DNA from: Tubiluchus corallicola
Taxonomy: Eukaryota > Animalia > Priapulida
Assembly: GCA_030141605.1 (NCBI GenBank)
Contig: JAQGDQ010000682.1
Location: 1 to 64,000, forward strand
Direction: 5' to 3'
Length of the DNA stretch: 64,000 nt
Shown: in pieces, positions 24,084-35,327 of the stretch
Numbering within the stretch: the stretch's first letter is position 1
How the letters are laid out: each line of letters starts with the position of its first letter
Notes under the pieces: generated by a model
The model's input: only the letters and a program-made list of their open reading frames with translations
Database searches by the model: none
What the model was told of the DNA's origin: nothing
Program-made: the position numbers and the translations under genes

Positions 24084-25016
24084 TAAAGAAGTAAAGATTT
24101 TCTTCATTTCATTTCTAAAATCTTCTAGTTTTGCTGAATATAAAAACACATTGGCTAGTGAGTTAAAATAGGTAGGAATTAAAAAATAGTAATATGTGTG
24201 TTTATTAATAAAAACTGACTCTCCAAAGAGAAAAATTACTGCTTGGACTACCATGAAAGGGGTGTAGCATATGTAAAACATGCCAATAGTCAATGCAAGA
24301 GTTTTTGCAAACTTGATTTTTGTTGGAAGATCTGACGTTGCACGTTGAGACGATGAATAAGGTGCATTCTCAATTTCCCTCTTCTGTCTTAAAGCTATTT
24401 TCAGTATTTTGACATCCAAATACAGCAAGGCAAACATCATGGGTGGAAGAATTAAACATATTGTAAATGCTATTAAGCTCACAAGAACCCCATGCATCGG
24501 AGGAATGCACATGTATGAAATGTCCACCGTAAAGTAGTATATAAAACAATATGCAACAGTTAGTGTAAACGAAAGACCCCATAATGTTATTATAGTTAGT
24601 ATAACTTTGCGATCAGACATCAATTCATGATAACGTAGCGGGTAGACTATACTAATATATCTCTCTGTTGTAGCAAAACAATAAAATACAAAAGAAGAAC
24701 CCAGGACGAGTTCAGTAACATTAAACCATATACTGCAAAATGCAACAGAGTCTGCTATCTTCCAATCACTTAAATCAAGTATAATAAGTACGAATAGGTA
24801 TATTCCCACAATCATATCCGAAAAAGCCAAGTTGCACAAAATATAGTACAGCGGCGTATGTAGTGCGTGTGATTTAACAATGGTACAAATCACAACAATG
24901 TTTGCTAACACAATGGCAAACGCCAGCAAAAACAATGATGCCACAATTACTGGATGTTCCACTGTAGCTTGAGTAGTAATGTTCCAAGATGTGTTTTTAA
25001 AAATATTTTCCATCAT
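24060..25016 (-). CDS. Single-exon class A GPCR, subfamily C, 318 aa, recent duplicate of 21220-22194
   Basis: About 10 nucleotide differences from its paralog by manual comparison, plus a different C-terminal tail. Confidence 0.9.
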   Translation of the reverse strand: MMENIFKNTSWNITTQATVEHPVIVASLFLLAFAIVLANIVVICTIVKSHALHTPLYYILCNLAFSDMIVGIYLFVLIILDLSDWKIADSVAFCSIWFNVTELVLGSSFVFYCFATTERYISIVYPLRYHELMSDRKVILTIITLWGLSFTLTVAYCFIYYFTVDISYMCIPPMHGVLVSLIAFTICLILPPMMFALLYLDVKILKIALRQKREIENAPYSSSQRATSDLPTKIKFAKTLALTIGMFYICYTPFMVVQAVIFLFGESVFINKHTYYYFLIPTYFNSLANVFLYSAKLEDFRNEMKKIFTSLVTCNQCR

Positions 25017-26278
25017 AGTGGAATATATCCTTTCGATATATCATTTTGAAAACAAAAAGAGATGGACATTATAATAGTAAATTCTCACTAAGAATAATAC
25101 TAATAAATAAGAGAATATTGTAGAAATAACAACAGAACAACTTCTTGTGTTTGATAACATAAGCCAATGCTCAAAAACTAATGGTTAATAGCATCAAAAA
25201 TGCAGCTGCATGCAGCTAACAACACAAACACAATTTCTATGATAACATAGTGCAAAAAAGCTGACGAGATAAAAAGTAACAGCATCAACACAAATAACCT
25301 AATTAATTAATGGCCTACAGAGGAATGGACCTTTCATACATGTTACAGTTGTCATAACAAATTACCTCAGCATCAGTGCATTTAGATGTATAACAGACAT
25401 TATTAATAACTAAGTAAATATCAGGCAACAATGGGATCACGTTTACTATGAATACGATTGACTGACAGTTGATCTGAACAAAACTGCAGTTTAACATTAA
25501 ACTAAGTATTCCAAACCAACCTAAAAGAGGAGATGTTAACAGAGTGAACTCTGATAAAATTACTTCAGCTCTGGTATTGATCTTAGGAACTAATACCGAA
25601 CTGACAGATGAATGTTCTTCAAAAGAGTTACATTTTTGTGGCAAATGGTTAGATAAAAATGAAAACAGAACTGTTTGGCAGATTAGCAGCCATATGTGTT
25701 GATTGCTAAACAATGTTGAAGAATTTAGATGATGGATACGGAATCCTTTTGCTCTAATCAAATTTTACTCGCAGGTTTTAATTGTTGACATACGGAAATT
25801 AATTACCCATTGATTCCCGATTGATTACTGAACACGCATTGTTCCTGTGACAGTATTTCCGGAATGGAAGACGCCAACGACGACAACAACTGACATCAGC
25901 ACCAGAAGCAGTGACATCATATTGAGATAAAACGAGATATACAATTTTTAGAAAGTGTATTTTAGTTCAAATTAGCAACCCTGTGATATGCGTTAACCGA
26001 AAAACAGATATACTTACCTTAATGATAAAATTCAAAATGATTACAAAAGTTACAAGTTCCTCTAATAGCAAAAAACTAATCAAAGTTTATCCACCTCGGC
26101 TCTACTGACAGGTTAAGCAAGATTTAATTTCTTCACCCAATTTCTAGTAGCCAATAAAGCAAGATTTTATTTTTTCACATTATTTCTAAAGTCATCAAGA
26201 TTAGCTGAGAAAAGAAAAACATTGGCTATTGATTTAACGTACGCTGGGGAAAAAACAAAAGTAGTGTTCACTTGTTAA

Positions 26279-26651
26279 CAGGGGTGTATCCAGACTTTAC
26301 GTCGCACTAGGCTGGTAGTTTTGTCCCGCCAATGTCTATTGTGAATTTAAGTTGTTTATGTAATTATCAGATTAAACAATTACTTGTGACATACTAGAAA
26401 CAGTATAGAGCTTATATTCAAGCAGGCTGCACAACTGCTTGTTTTGTAATACATTGCACCTGTTTGTTAAGTGGCATTTATATAGAAGCTGCCCTCTGTA
26501 ACTGCCTGCTGTGTATTATAAAATGCGCCCTTTACATGAATATGAAAAGATACATTCTGAGGAGAATAAGAATTTTTTCTAAAATGTGACATCCTCAAAC
26601 TTTGACGCCCTAAGCCGTTGCCTAGTTAGCTTATTGGTTAATACGCCCCTG
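26279..26651. mobile_element. hAT-type MITE inserted in the GPCR pseudogene
   Basis: Ends CAGGGGTGTAT / ATACGCCCCTG, 8-bp TSD CTTGTTAA / CCTGTTAA. Confidence 0.8.
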
Positions 26652-27295
26652 CCTGTTAATAACAACCAATTCACCACATAAGAAAAACGCAGCAGAAGCT
26701 ATTAGCATTGGTGCATAGAACACCCAGAATAAACCCACAGCCAAGGTAAGTCCTGTCATACTTGAGTGTAATCCGAAGCCTCCATGTTCCTTCAGACGTG
26801 GAATTACTTACATGAAATGTATTTCTCTCATCTGTCTTAAAACTGTTTTCCATGATTTTTATGTACACAAATCAATGCAGACAAATGAGTGCAACATGTA
26901 CAATTATCATCATGTATACTGCTACATTGACAACTGTGTGCAATAGTTTAGAAAGGCAATTATAAAGAAAGTTTACACTAGCAGAGTATAGTAAATAATA
27001 GCAGATAAACGATGGGATGATGAAGAGCCATATTGACAGTAAGTCATATTTCACTCTACATTCAGACATCAGAATATGAAAGCGAAGGAGAAGAATGATG
27101 CTGACATCTCTCTCCATAGTAGCTAAGAAATAAAATACACTAGACGATGCAACCAAACCGAAAGAGAACAGGGACCAAATATCACAAAATGTGACAATCA
27201 CTGTGCTAAAGTGAACCATGTCAAATACAGAATATATTATTACGCAGATTCCAATGAGTAAACAACAAATGGCCAAATTGCATACGATATAATAT

Positions 27296-27826
27296 ATTCA
27301 ATTCAATTCAATTAATTTCATTTTTCTCCACAAAATGTATCAATTTTCGTGCTATAGGTTTTACACGTCAAATGTAGACCTGCGTTAAGTCAAATGTAGA
27401 TACATACAGTTACCAGACTCCATCCACTGAGATAAAAAAAGTGATGACACTATTCCTCTTCTTTTCATCATTTTTCTTCAATTCCTCTTTTTGTCTGTTG
27501 TAGACATTGAGGCATTATCATTTATTACAGCTTTCCACTCAGTCCTATCTGCAGCTAACAGCATAAGTTTGGCTCTTAAATCTAAATTTGCTTGTAGTTG
27601 TTGAATATTTTAGGTATCCAAGTAGTTTTTGGTTTGCCAAATGGTTTTTTCAAATTTTTAATCTTTTAAGGCAATTCTTTCTGGTATTTCACTAGGTAAT
27701 CTAAGGAGATGTCTTAACCGTCTCGATCTTCTGAGCTTGACTTTTGAACTTCAAGGAATCACTTTCTGTGTACCGTACAAATCTTCATCTTTTATTATGA
27801 ATGACCATCTTATCTTCAAGAATTTC
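27296..27826 (-). mobile_element. LINE (RTE-like) 3' fragment inserted in the GPCR pseudogene
   Basis: Minus-strand remnant ..RHLLRLPSEIPERIAL..KKPFGKPKTTW.. and a (TTGAA)n tail at 27296-27312. Confidence 0.65.
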
Positions 27827-28189
27827 CTATATAGTACACCATACAGAGTCATGCACACTTATGCGACTACAACAGTAATTATTACCTGACTACAATAATC
27901 AAATATTAATACACTAGAAAGGTTTCTGGGCAACGTATGAGTGGAATACACAGAATATAATGTTTATGCCAGTGCTTTTGAAATTTTGTTATACATGACT
28001 TGCTTCCAAAATACAAATACAAGATGATCACTATCTGATGTGCTCCCCCATATTGCATTTACTCCCAAAGCAGAAATTTATAAATTACGAAAAGTCAGTT
28101 TTCACACATAAGTGCGACAACAACATAATTTGCATGACACGGGTAAAATAGAGCACATTTGATACACATTCGTTTGTTTAGCAACTTAA

Positions 28190-29158
28190 TTAGCAGCAGG
28201 ATTTTAATTTACACGTTAGTGCAAAGGAAATGCTTTTCTTAATTTCATTCCTGAAATCCTCGAGTTTTACAGTGTAGACGAAAACATTAGCAAGTGAATT
28301 CACATAAGGTGGAATGAAGAACCAGTAGTACGTTACTTTGTTAACAAGTTTAGATTCACCGTTGAGAGACATGAGAACAGTAGCGACAAGCATTGGCGTG
28401 TAACACATACAAAACAGGCCCACGGTTAAACCAAGAGTCTTTGCAAATTTCATCTTAGTATGAAACTCCGTAGAGGAAGGACTCGGCTCAAGAGACAAGA
28501 TACGAATCTCTCTCGTTTGTCTGATTGCTACTTTAATGATTCTCAGGTAGAAATACATCTGCCCTAAGATTACCACGGGGCTTATGATCAGGATGAGGAC
28601 TGCCATCACTTTTACGTACGTGCATTGTGGAGCTGGTATGCATTTGTACAGCGTTTCTACGGTAAGATAATACAACACGTAACAGGTAACCGAGAATGCA
28701 AATATGTACGACCACAGTAATATGATTATAGCCTTAACTCGACGATCGGACATCAGCACGTGGTAGCGAAGAGGATAAATGATGCTGATGTACCTCTCCA
28801 CGGCAGCGAAACAGTAGAAGGTGATAGACGCTCCTACTGATGCGTAGGTGAAGATAAACCAGAATGCGCAGATGCCGACGTGAACTGTTTTCATGTTGAC
28901 CACGTGAAGTACGACGGTCTGTATTAACAGGTAAATACCGATGATGAAGTCACAGACGGACAAGTTGCAGAGAATATAATACAGCGGAGTGTGTAAGGAC
29001 TGCGATCTGACTATAGTGACAATTACAAGGGCATTCGTTACGATGATGACAACGCCCAGAAGACAAGAAAATACGTCGATGAACAGGTCCAAGGGACTCT
29101 GATTGTGATTATGCAGCGTAGTGTTTTCCAGAAAAGATTCCATTGTTACCAGCAACAT
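28190..29158 (-). CDS. Single-exon class A GPCR, divergent member (start at ATG 29158 or 29143)
   Basis: LHTPLYYILCNLSVCD, ERYISIIYPLRY, CYTP, NSLANVFVY, EDFRNE. Confidence 0.9.
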   Translation of the reverse strand: MLLVTMESFLENTTLHNHNQSPLDLFIDVFSCLLGVVIIVTNALVIVTIVRSQSLHTPLYYILCNLSVCDFIIGIYLLIQTVVLHVVNMKTVHVGICAFWFIFTYASVGASITFYCFAAVERYISIIYPLRYHVLMSDRRVKAIIILLWSYIFAFSVTCYVLYYLTVETLYKCIPAPQCTYVKVMAVLILIISPVVILGQMYFYLRIIKVAIRQTREIRILSLEPSPSSTEFHTKMKFAKTLGLTVGLFCMCYTPMLVATVLMSLNGESKLVNKVTYYWFFIPPYVNSLANVFVYTVKLEDFRNEIKKSISFALTCKLKSCC

Positions 29159-30223
29159 CAATCCGGAAAAAATGGGAATGGTTATCCTCTTAAAAAACAA
29201 AAAATGCTCCTCGGTTTTTGCCAGTTGTATTTGAAAGTTTTAAGTCATAACTTGTGATAACCTTGTGCAGATAAGATTAGTTACTTCACTGTATAATAAA
29301 TTTCAAATTACAAATAAGATAGTTTACTACACGTGAGACAAAATGAAACAATGCCGATGTGGGTACTAAGTAACAATAGCTTTCTCTCGCTTCAGCAAAA
29401 AAACATAGAGCACTTCCTCGTCACTGATTCTTCTACTAGCAGAGGACCTTATAAAGCAACACTGTTAACTGTTTACATAAGCGAGATGGCATGTTTCCCC
29501 AACAATAATGTGCATAAGAGTCTTTTAGTTTTTCAGGTTGCGTCGTAATGCGTTTGGCGAGAACTCAACGCGACTAATGACAGAGTGACATCCGTGTGAG
29601 CCCATTTATCAAAAGACACGTTAGGTGCCATTACTCGTTCAGTTCTGACAATGGTTACACAAACTTTTGCTTGAAAATGTTTCTTCTCTCAATGCATTTA
29701 GTTGTTGTCTTTCGTGAAATTTGAAGTGAGAGAATGCCTTGTTAAGTCTGACCATTATCACATAAGAGATAAACATAAACAAATACATAAAAAAATAAAC
29801 AATGTGTTCATATGTTGTGAATTGATTTCGTTTACTGAGACCAGCTATAAAATTCTATTGAGAAATCTTAAAACAGCTAAAACCAAAGAAACTTTAATTT
29901 AACAGCTATTTGAACAGCTTTCTGTTTGTACGGAATTGTGATATTCTTTATAATTGCATTTCTTCTATTATTGGCCAAAGTGGGTATTCTTTGAGATTTA
30001 GATAAAAGGTAAACAAGAGAATGTTTATAAAGAAATCACATAAAAAGCATGTCCGACTGATACAACAATAGGATTTATGCAGGATGGGTAGCGCTGACTT
30101 TTGACTTTGCCTTATGTTGGTTTTGTCTATGCAAGTACATGTTTTTTAGATAGAAAATACACCATGGTTCATATTTGTCTGCATATATATATTTTTTTAT
30201 TGAAATATTTATATGGAGCTCAA

Positions 30224-30296
30224 AACCTAGCCACTGGGGGGGGGGCAAGCCAGCCAGTGCCGCTCCCAAGCCCGGATAAATAGGGAGGGTTATGGT
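30224..30296 (+). ncRNA. Twister ribozyme-like motif (3' cleavage product, type P1) at the RTE 5' end
   Basis: AA-CCTA-GCC-ACTGG..CCAGT-G-CCG-CTCCCAAGC-CCGG-AT-AAA-TAGG-GAGGG follows the twister architecture as recalled from the rice P1 twister: P2 CCTA/TAGG, P3 ACTGG/CCAGT, P4 CCG/CGG with UCCCAAGC loop, GAGGG. Confidence 0.7.
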
Positions 30297-30690
30297 CAGG
30301 AAGGGCGTCCGCCTGTAAAAACAGAGCCAAAACCTTCTATGAATGAGTCGGTGAGTGCAAAGAAGTGGTCAGACCCGCTCTAATCTATGGGCTGGAAGCA
30401 GCTTCTCTAAAGAAGACCGAAGAGAAGAAAATGGGTGTGGTGGAGATGAGGATGTTGAGATGGATGGTGGGAATAACAAGAAGAGATAAAATTAGAAATA
30501 ATAATATCAGAGGAACGGTAAAAGTAGTGGAAGCCTCGCAAGATTGCGATGGTATGGACACCTGAAAAGAAGAGTCGGTGAAGATCATGTGGGAAGGGAA
30601 GACATAAATGAACATATGGTCAACAACAGGAATGCGTGGAGAAGACTCAATGACAACGGCGACCCCGAATAGGGAAAAGCTGGGAAGAAG
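30224..30690 (+). mobile_element. Internally deleted non-autonomous RTE-clade retrotransposon with both ends present
   Basis: 20-21-bp TSD AATATTTATATGGAGCTCAA(A) at 30204 and 30691; RTE-like C-terminal remnant VRPALIYGLE..EMRMLRWMVGITRRDKIRN; GAA-repeat tail. Confidence 0.85.
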
Positions 30691-31084
30691 AATATTTATA
30701 TGGAGCTCAAATAAAAACTTGAAAAATCTGTGCTAATTTGAAGATTAAAAGAAATGATACCAGCCAATTAAATGAAATTTTTTCTACCTGTAAGTTTATC
30801 ACAGTTGATAAACAGCAAAGTTTATATAGTTATACTAACTTACAAAGCAGGAAAGGTAACGTTAAAGAAATATACATAATTAATATTTATTTAATACCAA
30901 TGAGTTATGAATTAAGAAGAATTATGAACAGCTCCTGCATCTTAACTAAAAACAACATTTGAAATATTTTCATATTATTTTTTCATAAACTAGCTTTAAA
31001 ACACAGTTTGCATCTTTATTCTGCTAAAATGTATATTCGTTATCGGATTTGAAAAAGGCGCAGTACATGAAAAATCATCCTGTC

Positions 31085-31490
31085 TTCCTTTAAATCTATG
31101 CTCTGACAGACAAGTATGATAATAAAAAGGATGTACAATACTAATGTATCGTAACGGCAGCAAATCCATAGAATGCAAAAGAAAAACCCGCCATACAGCA
31201 AACTAATACAAACCACAGGCCACAATAAATAGATGACATGTGATATAAACTGCTAGAACATCACTGCAAAACATATAAGTAACTAAAGTGCTTCGTGTGC
31301 AGTATTGCATACGATCACAGGACATTTTACAATATCTGTGATGATAATAAAATCTGTTACAGTAACCGCTATGATAACTATCGATAAGGACAACTTATAA
31401 TCGACAAGAATTATTTCAATCCCAATTTATTAAGGAAATAAAAAGCTGAAAAACCGTGCATTAGTCAATATGAAACGCAGCAGCATGAAC
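31085..31490 (-). pseudogene. Heavily decayed GPCR 5' fragment (TM1-TM3)
   Basis: RYISIVHPFYYHTCLSEHRFK remnant at about 31090-31155, with frameshifted hydrophobic sequence upstream. Confidence 0.6.
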
Positions 31491-32140
31491 TCACACAATC
31501 TACGGTACATCTAACCAACAGATGCAGAAGGAAGGACACCAAATTTCTAATTTTCTAGTATGCAATAAAACAATGTCATAGAGATACTTTTAATTAACCA
31601 AAACAATTGCTACAATAAGCCTTTTTGCAGTTTTGATGTGCGCACACGCAGCTCCTGTAGGTCAAAGGTTAAGTGAACCCCAGCAATGTGTCAGCACTAC
31701 AACCATCACGTAGCATGTTGGTAGGTAAAGCAAAGCCGCCTGCTGTGCGAGTTCAGTAACTTCAACTGTTTTACATGGACTTTCTTAATTATGCATTAAT
31801 ATGTGGGTAGAGTGATTTACTAGCAAGGTCTTGCTTGGGAAGAAGAAAAAATGAACTAGGTAAGGTCATAGTGAGCTGATAAAACTCTTACTATTACAAC
31901 AGCTTGCGCAGTAAGGCATTGTCAAGGGTAAACAAACGCGTTGTCTGGTATACTTAACCTTTGATCTTTTCACGATGAATCGCTGGAACTGTGACAAGGC
32001 TTATTCAGCAAAGGATCTTAACTGTGATGCATCAGAAATAGCAGGTTAAAAGTATAAAAGTATTTCTTAAAAGTATAAGGTTTCGAGTTCAATTCTTGGC
32101 ACATTGCTATTTTCCAGTATTCCATTTGTCGAACGAATTA

Positions 32141-32742
32141 CCGTATATGCTCGCATATAAGCCGAATTTAGAACTATAAAATACAATACTGAAATCAGGG
32201 GGTCGGCTTATATGCGCATGAAACAAAATGAACACAAGGACAGACACTAATGCCAATTAGTGTCTCGGCTAAGTGTTATTTTGCAAGCCCTCAAGATTGC
32301 ACAAGACAATAAATATGAAGGGTTCACTGCTTCCACAGGTTGGTGTACACGTTTTCTGAACAGACACTCTATAAGTTTGAGACAGAGACGATGAGGGTGG
32401 AAGTGACAATGATTTTGAAGGTTTCTAATTATTTTTAAGAACACTACGTTAAATTATAAACAGAAATGTTATAATTTTTTGTGAATAAATAGAAAACAAA
32501 ATATTTTCTTCTTTATTCATATCAAAATGTATAATTTCTTATATTTCTTCTAGTATGTAACATAAAAGTAAGCATTTTACATCTTTATAGTAAAAAATTT
32601 CTATGAACCAAAAATACCCAATTAACAAAATGTGACAAAAAGGGATCAATTTTGTTGACTGGGTATGGAGTAAAAAGTTTTTGCAAAAACTGGCCATTTT
32701 AAAGCAGTTTTAGGGGGTCGGCTTATATGCGAGTATATACGG
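32141..32742 (+). mobile_element. Internally deleted pogo/Tigger-type Tc1-mariner element
   Basis: TIR CCGTATAT(G/A)CTCGCATATAAGCCGA, TA TSD; internal CENP-B-type HTH remnant GFTASTGWCTRFLNRHSISLR at about 32320-32382. Confidence 0.85.
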
Positions 32743-32775
32743 TAGTTGTCAGGTATCATGGGGTAATTATTGTTA

Positions 32776-33145
32776 CACTCATATCTCGGCTTGCCGGACT
32801 TCACTTTTATGGAAATCGGAAAAATCGGACAAAGTCTGGACAGTTAAAACTTAAAAATCCCGCATATCTGTTGTTTCGCGAACTGACCGCCGATTTGGCT
32901 AGTCGTCACTTTGTTTGCATTATTACATCTTTGCATCCAAGCAGCGTGCAACAACACGTGTGTAGCTTGTATGTCAGCAGCGGGCCATACTAAATGTTTT
33001 TGAGACAATTATGCGATTGACTCTACATAACTGTGAGTCTAATATACAGCGCCTACTGCATTAGCTTAGTATCAATAAATACGGACAATCGTCAAATTCG
33101 GACAGACGTCCCTCCACTTTTGTCCGGCAAACCGAGTTATGAGTG
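32776..33145. mobile_element. Tc1-mariner-type MITE 80 bp downstream of GPCR 33226
   Basis: TIR CACTCATA(T/A)CTCGG(C/T)TTGCCGGAC, TA TSD. Confidence 0.85.
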
Positions 33146-33225
33146 TATATAGATGGTTGGGTTTATCAGTTATAATCATTTTTAGATGGTGCGACCATGT
33201 AAATGACAAACAAATTTTTCAAACA

Positions 33226-34194
33226 CTATGCCAAATCAGCAAGACGATTCTGACGAGAAAACAATTTTTTCATCTCATTTCTGAAATCTTCTAGTTTTAA
33301 CGCGTAAACAAACACATTTGCTAAAGAGTTGCAATAGGCTGGGATATAAAACCAGTAAAAAGTAAACCTGTTGACTATCCACTGTTCACCCCTTGTGAAC
33401 CAAACGATGTTAGTGACAATAGTTGGGCTATAACAAACGTAGAAAGTCATAATAGCGAAGCCAAGAGCTTTGACGGGTTTTAATTTACCTTGAATGTTGC
33501 CGTATGAGACAATGGATGAGTCTCTTTGCGAAAAACGAACGTCTTGAGTTCTTTGTAACTGCTTCAAAGCAATAATCAGAATAATGCCGTACAAACAAAG
33601 CAAAGCCATGAAGAAAAGTGGGTATGCAATAATCGATACATAGTACACTCTATTTACAACCAAACTATTAGGCATTGGAATACACTTATACAGCATTTCA
33701 GCAGTGGAAATATAAGATGAGGCATATCCAATCACTGACATGCATTGAAACAGCCACAAAGCAGCTAAAGTGAGAAACACGCGTCTCTCGGACAGCAGTT
33801 GATGATATCTGAGTGGATAAACGACACTGATGAATCTTTCTGCAGCAGAAGCCATGTACATAAAAGAGGAACCTCCTACAGCATTGCCACTCAATGACGC
33901 CAACACTCCGCAAAGTACAATATCAACTGATTCAGGATCAACAATGTTGAATATAATTGTCTGCACAATGAGAATTACTCCCACGAATATGTCTGCAGTG
34001 GATAAATTGCATAACATGTAATACAGAGGTGTGTGCAACGTATAGGATTTTATAACAGTTAGGATGACAATGCCATTTGTAATAATAATTACAACTCCTA
34101 ATGCCAGCAGGAAAATATCAACAGCAATTTGAACTTTGTCAATAAAATCGACATTGATAAGCAAAGATGAAGCATTCTCATAAACTAACGCCAT
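33226..34194 (-). CDS. Single-exon class A GPCR, divergent member (322 aa from first ATG)
   Basis: LHTPLYYMLCNLSTAD, ERFISVVYPLRY, CYSP, NSLANVFVY, EDFRNE. Confidence 0.9.
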   Translation of the reverse strand: MALVYENASSLLINVDFIDKVQIAVDIFLLALGVVIIITNGIVILTVIKSYTLHTPLYYMLCNLSTADIFVGVILIVQTIIFNIVDPESVDIVLCGVLASLSGNAVGGSSFMYMASAAERFISVVYPLRYHQLLSERRVFLTLAALWLFQCMSVIGYASSYISTAEMLYKCIPMPNSLVVNRVYYVSIIAYPLFFMALLCLYGIILIIALKQLQRTQDVRFSQRDSSIVSYGNIQGKLKPVKALGFAIMTFYVCYSPTIVTNIVWFTRGEQWIVNRFTFYWFYIPAYCNSLANVFVYALKLEDFRNEMKKLFSRQNRLADLA

Positions 34195-35327
34195 TGCGAA
34201 ATTAACAGCAAATGGAAAAATAATGCTAAATTTGCTGCAATGACAATTTGTATTGTATTTACTTTCCAAGATTTGCACATATAACACTGCGTCGCTCAAA
34301 CAAAAGATCACTTTGCGCAAACCTCGTAGATAATGGCAGTAAAATATTTCAAAAAACCGCTTAGTAAACCATATTTGGGTATATTTGTTGTCATGGTTTC
34401 AACGGTGGAATGAGTTGATTGTCACAAACATAATACCATACCAAACGTTGTCATGGTAATTTGGCAGGCGTGCAAAGAAGCCATTTTAGTTCCTTATGCA
34501 ATTAGAGTTATATGAAATGTATCTTGCATATTAGGAAAGTTTGCAATGGCCTAAGATCAGTCATATTTAATTGAGAAAGGTGTTACAGTGATCAGAAATG
34601 TGACCTACTTATTTAAATATGATCCCTGTTTAGCGACGTTTCGTTTTAACGACACTGACGTATTGTTTCCTTTTAATGACGATTTTTTTGTTTTGCTGGA
34701 AACTTATTTTTATTTTATCAACAACTTTTTTACCTAATTTGATGCATTAAAACAGCACATATTGTGTTATTCTGTTCTAAAAATGCACTAGTAACATAAA
34801 CAGTGCAATTATTATACAAGTACAGTGCACGTTTTTGCTTCCTGACTGACCACAAAATGCTAGTCGTTTGGCGTTTGTATCAAGCGAGACCTGGCAGCAA
34901 ACTGCATGCAAGGGATTTTGTCTGCAACCTGTTGCTATAGTAACCAGACTAGATACAATTCCCAAGGTCGCCCAGCGCTTGGCTCTGACTCTGCTACAGT
35001 GTTTATTGTTTAAGCAGGGACTTAATGTACTTTGCTTCATCTTAAGATTGGCAATATATCGCAATACACATCGCAACATCAAAAAATATTGCAATATATT
35101 GCAGGGCCAGTTCTCACTCCTGACTTTTCAAGCTAATTTTTTAGCCAAATTTATGTTACATTAGTTACGATATACTGAAAGCAGGCCAGGGTACAGCCCT
35201 ACGGATGAATTTCGCCACTTGATATTTTTTTTGCCATTCTGGCTGAACGCTAGCTTTTGACGAAAAACCGTATAAGCCAAGCGGCCATAAATCCGATTTT
35301 CAAACAAAATCAATAATTATTTCAAAC

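Larger units (their letters stand above)
26168..27920 (-). pseudogene. Decayed GPCR pseudogene disrupted by a MITE and a LINE
   Basis: Fragments ..FLATMERDVSIILLLRFHILMSECRVK.. (26872-27276) and SPAYVKSIANVFLFSANLDDFRNNVKK* (about 26168-26250), with frameshifts. A TM1-like remnant lies beyond 27826. Confidence 0.85.

Noticed and set aside
25315-25761. 148-aa minus-strand ORF upstream of GPCR 24060
   Set aside because: Non-ATG start, no recognisable domain, and not MED12-like.
5712-34021. Short antisense and alternate-frame ORFs overlapping the receptors
   Set aside because: Shadow ORFs whose recurrence is explained by the recent gene duplications.
5781-34194. Assigning named receptor symbols (MC4R, adenosine receptor, OR)
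   Set aside because: Only generic class A similarity; diagnostic ligand-binding residues not recognised.
35090-35115. ELALQY match to MED12 LALQL
   Set aside because: Overlaps what looks like a hAT MITE end (GCAATATATTGCAGGGC) and needs extra frameshifts.
35180-35301. Minus-strand peptide GRLAYTVFRQKLAF resembling MED12 RRLAYFCTRRLAL as exon 7
   Set aside because: No AG acceptor between it and the exon 6 donor, out of frame with read-through, and too close to the donor; treated as probable coincidence.
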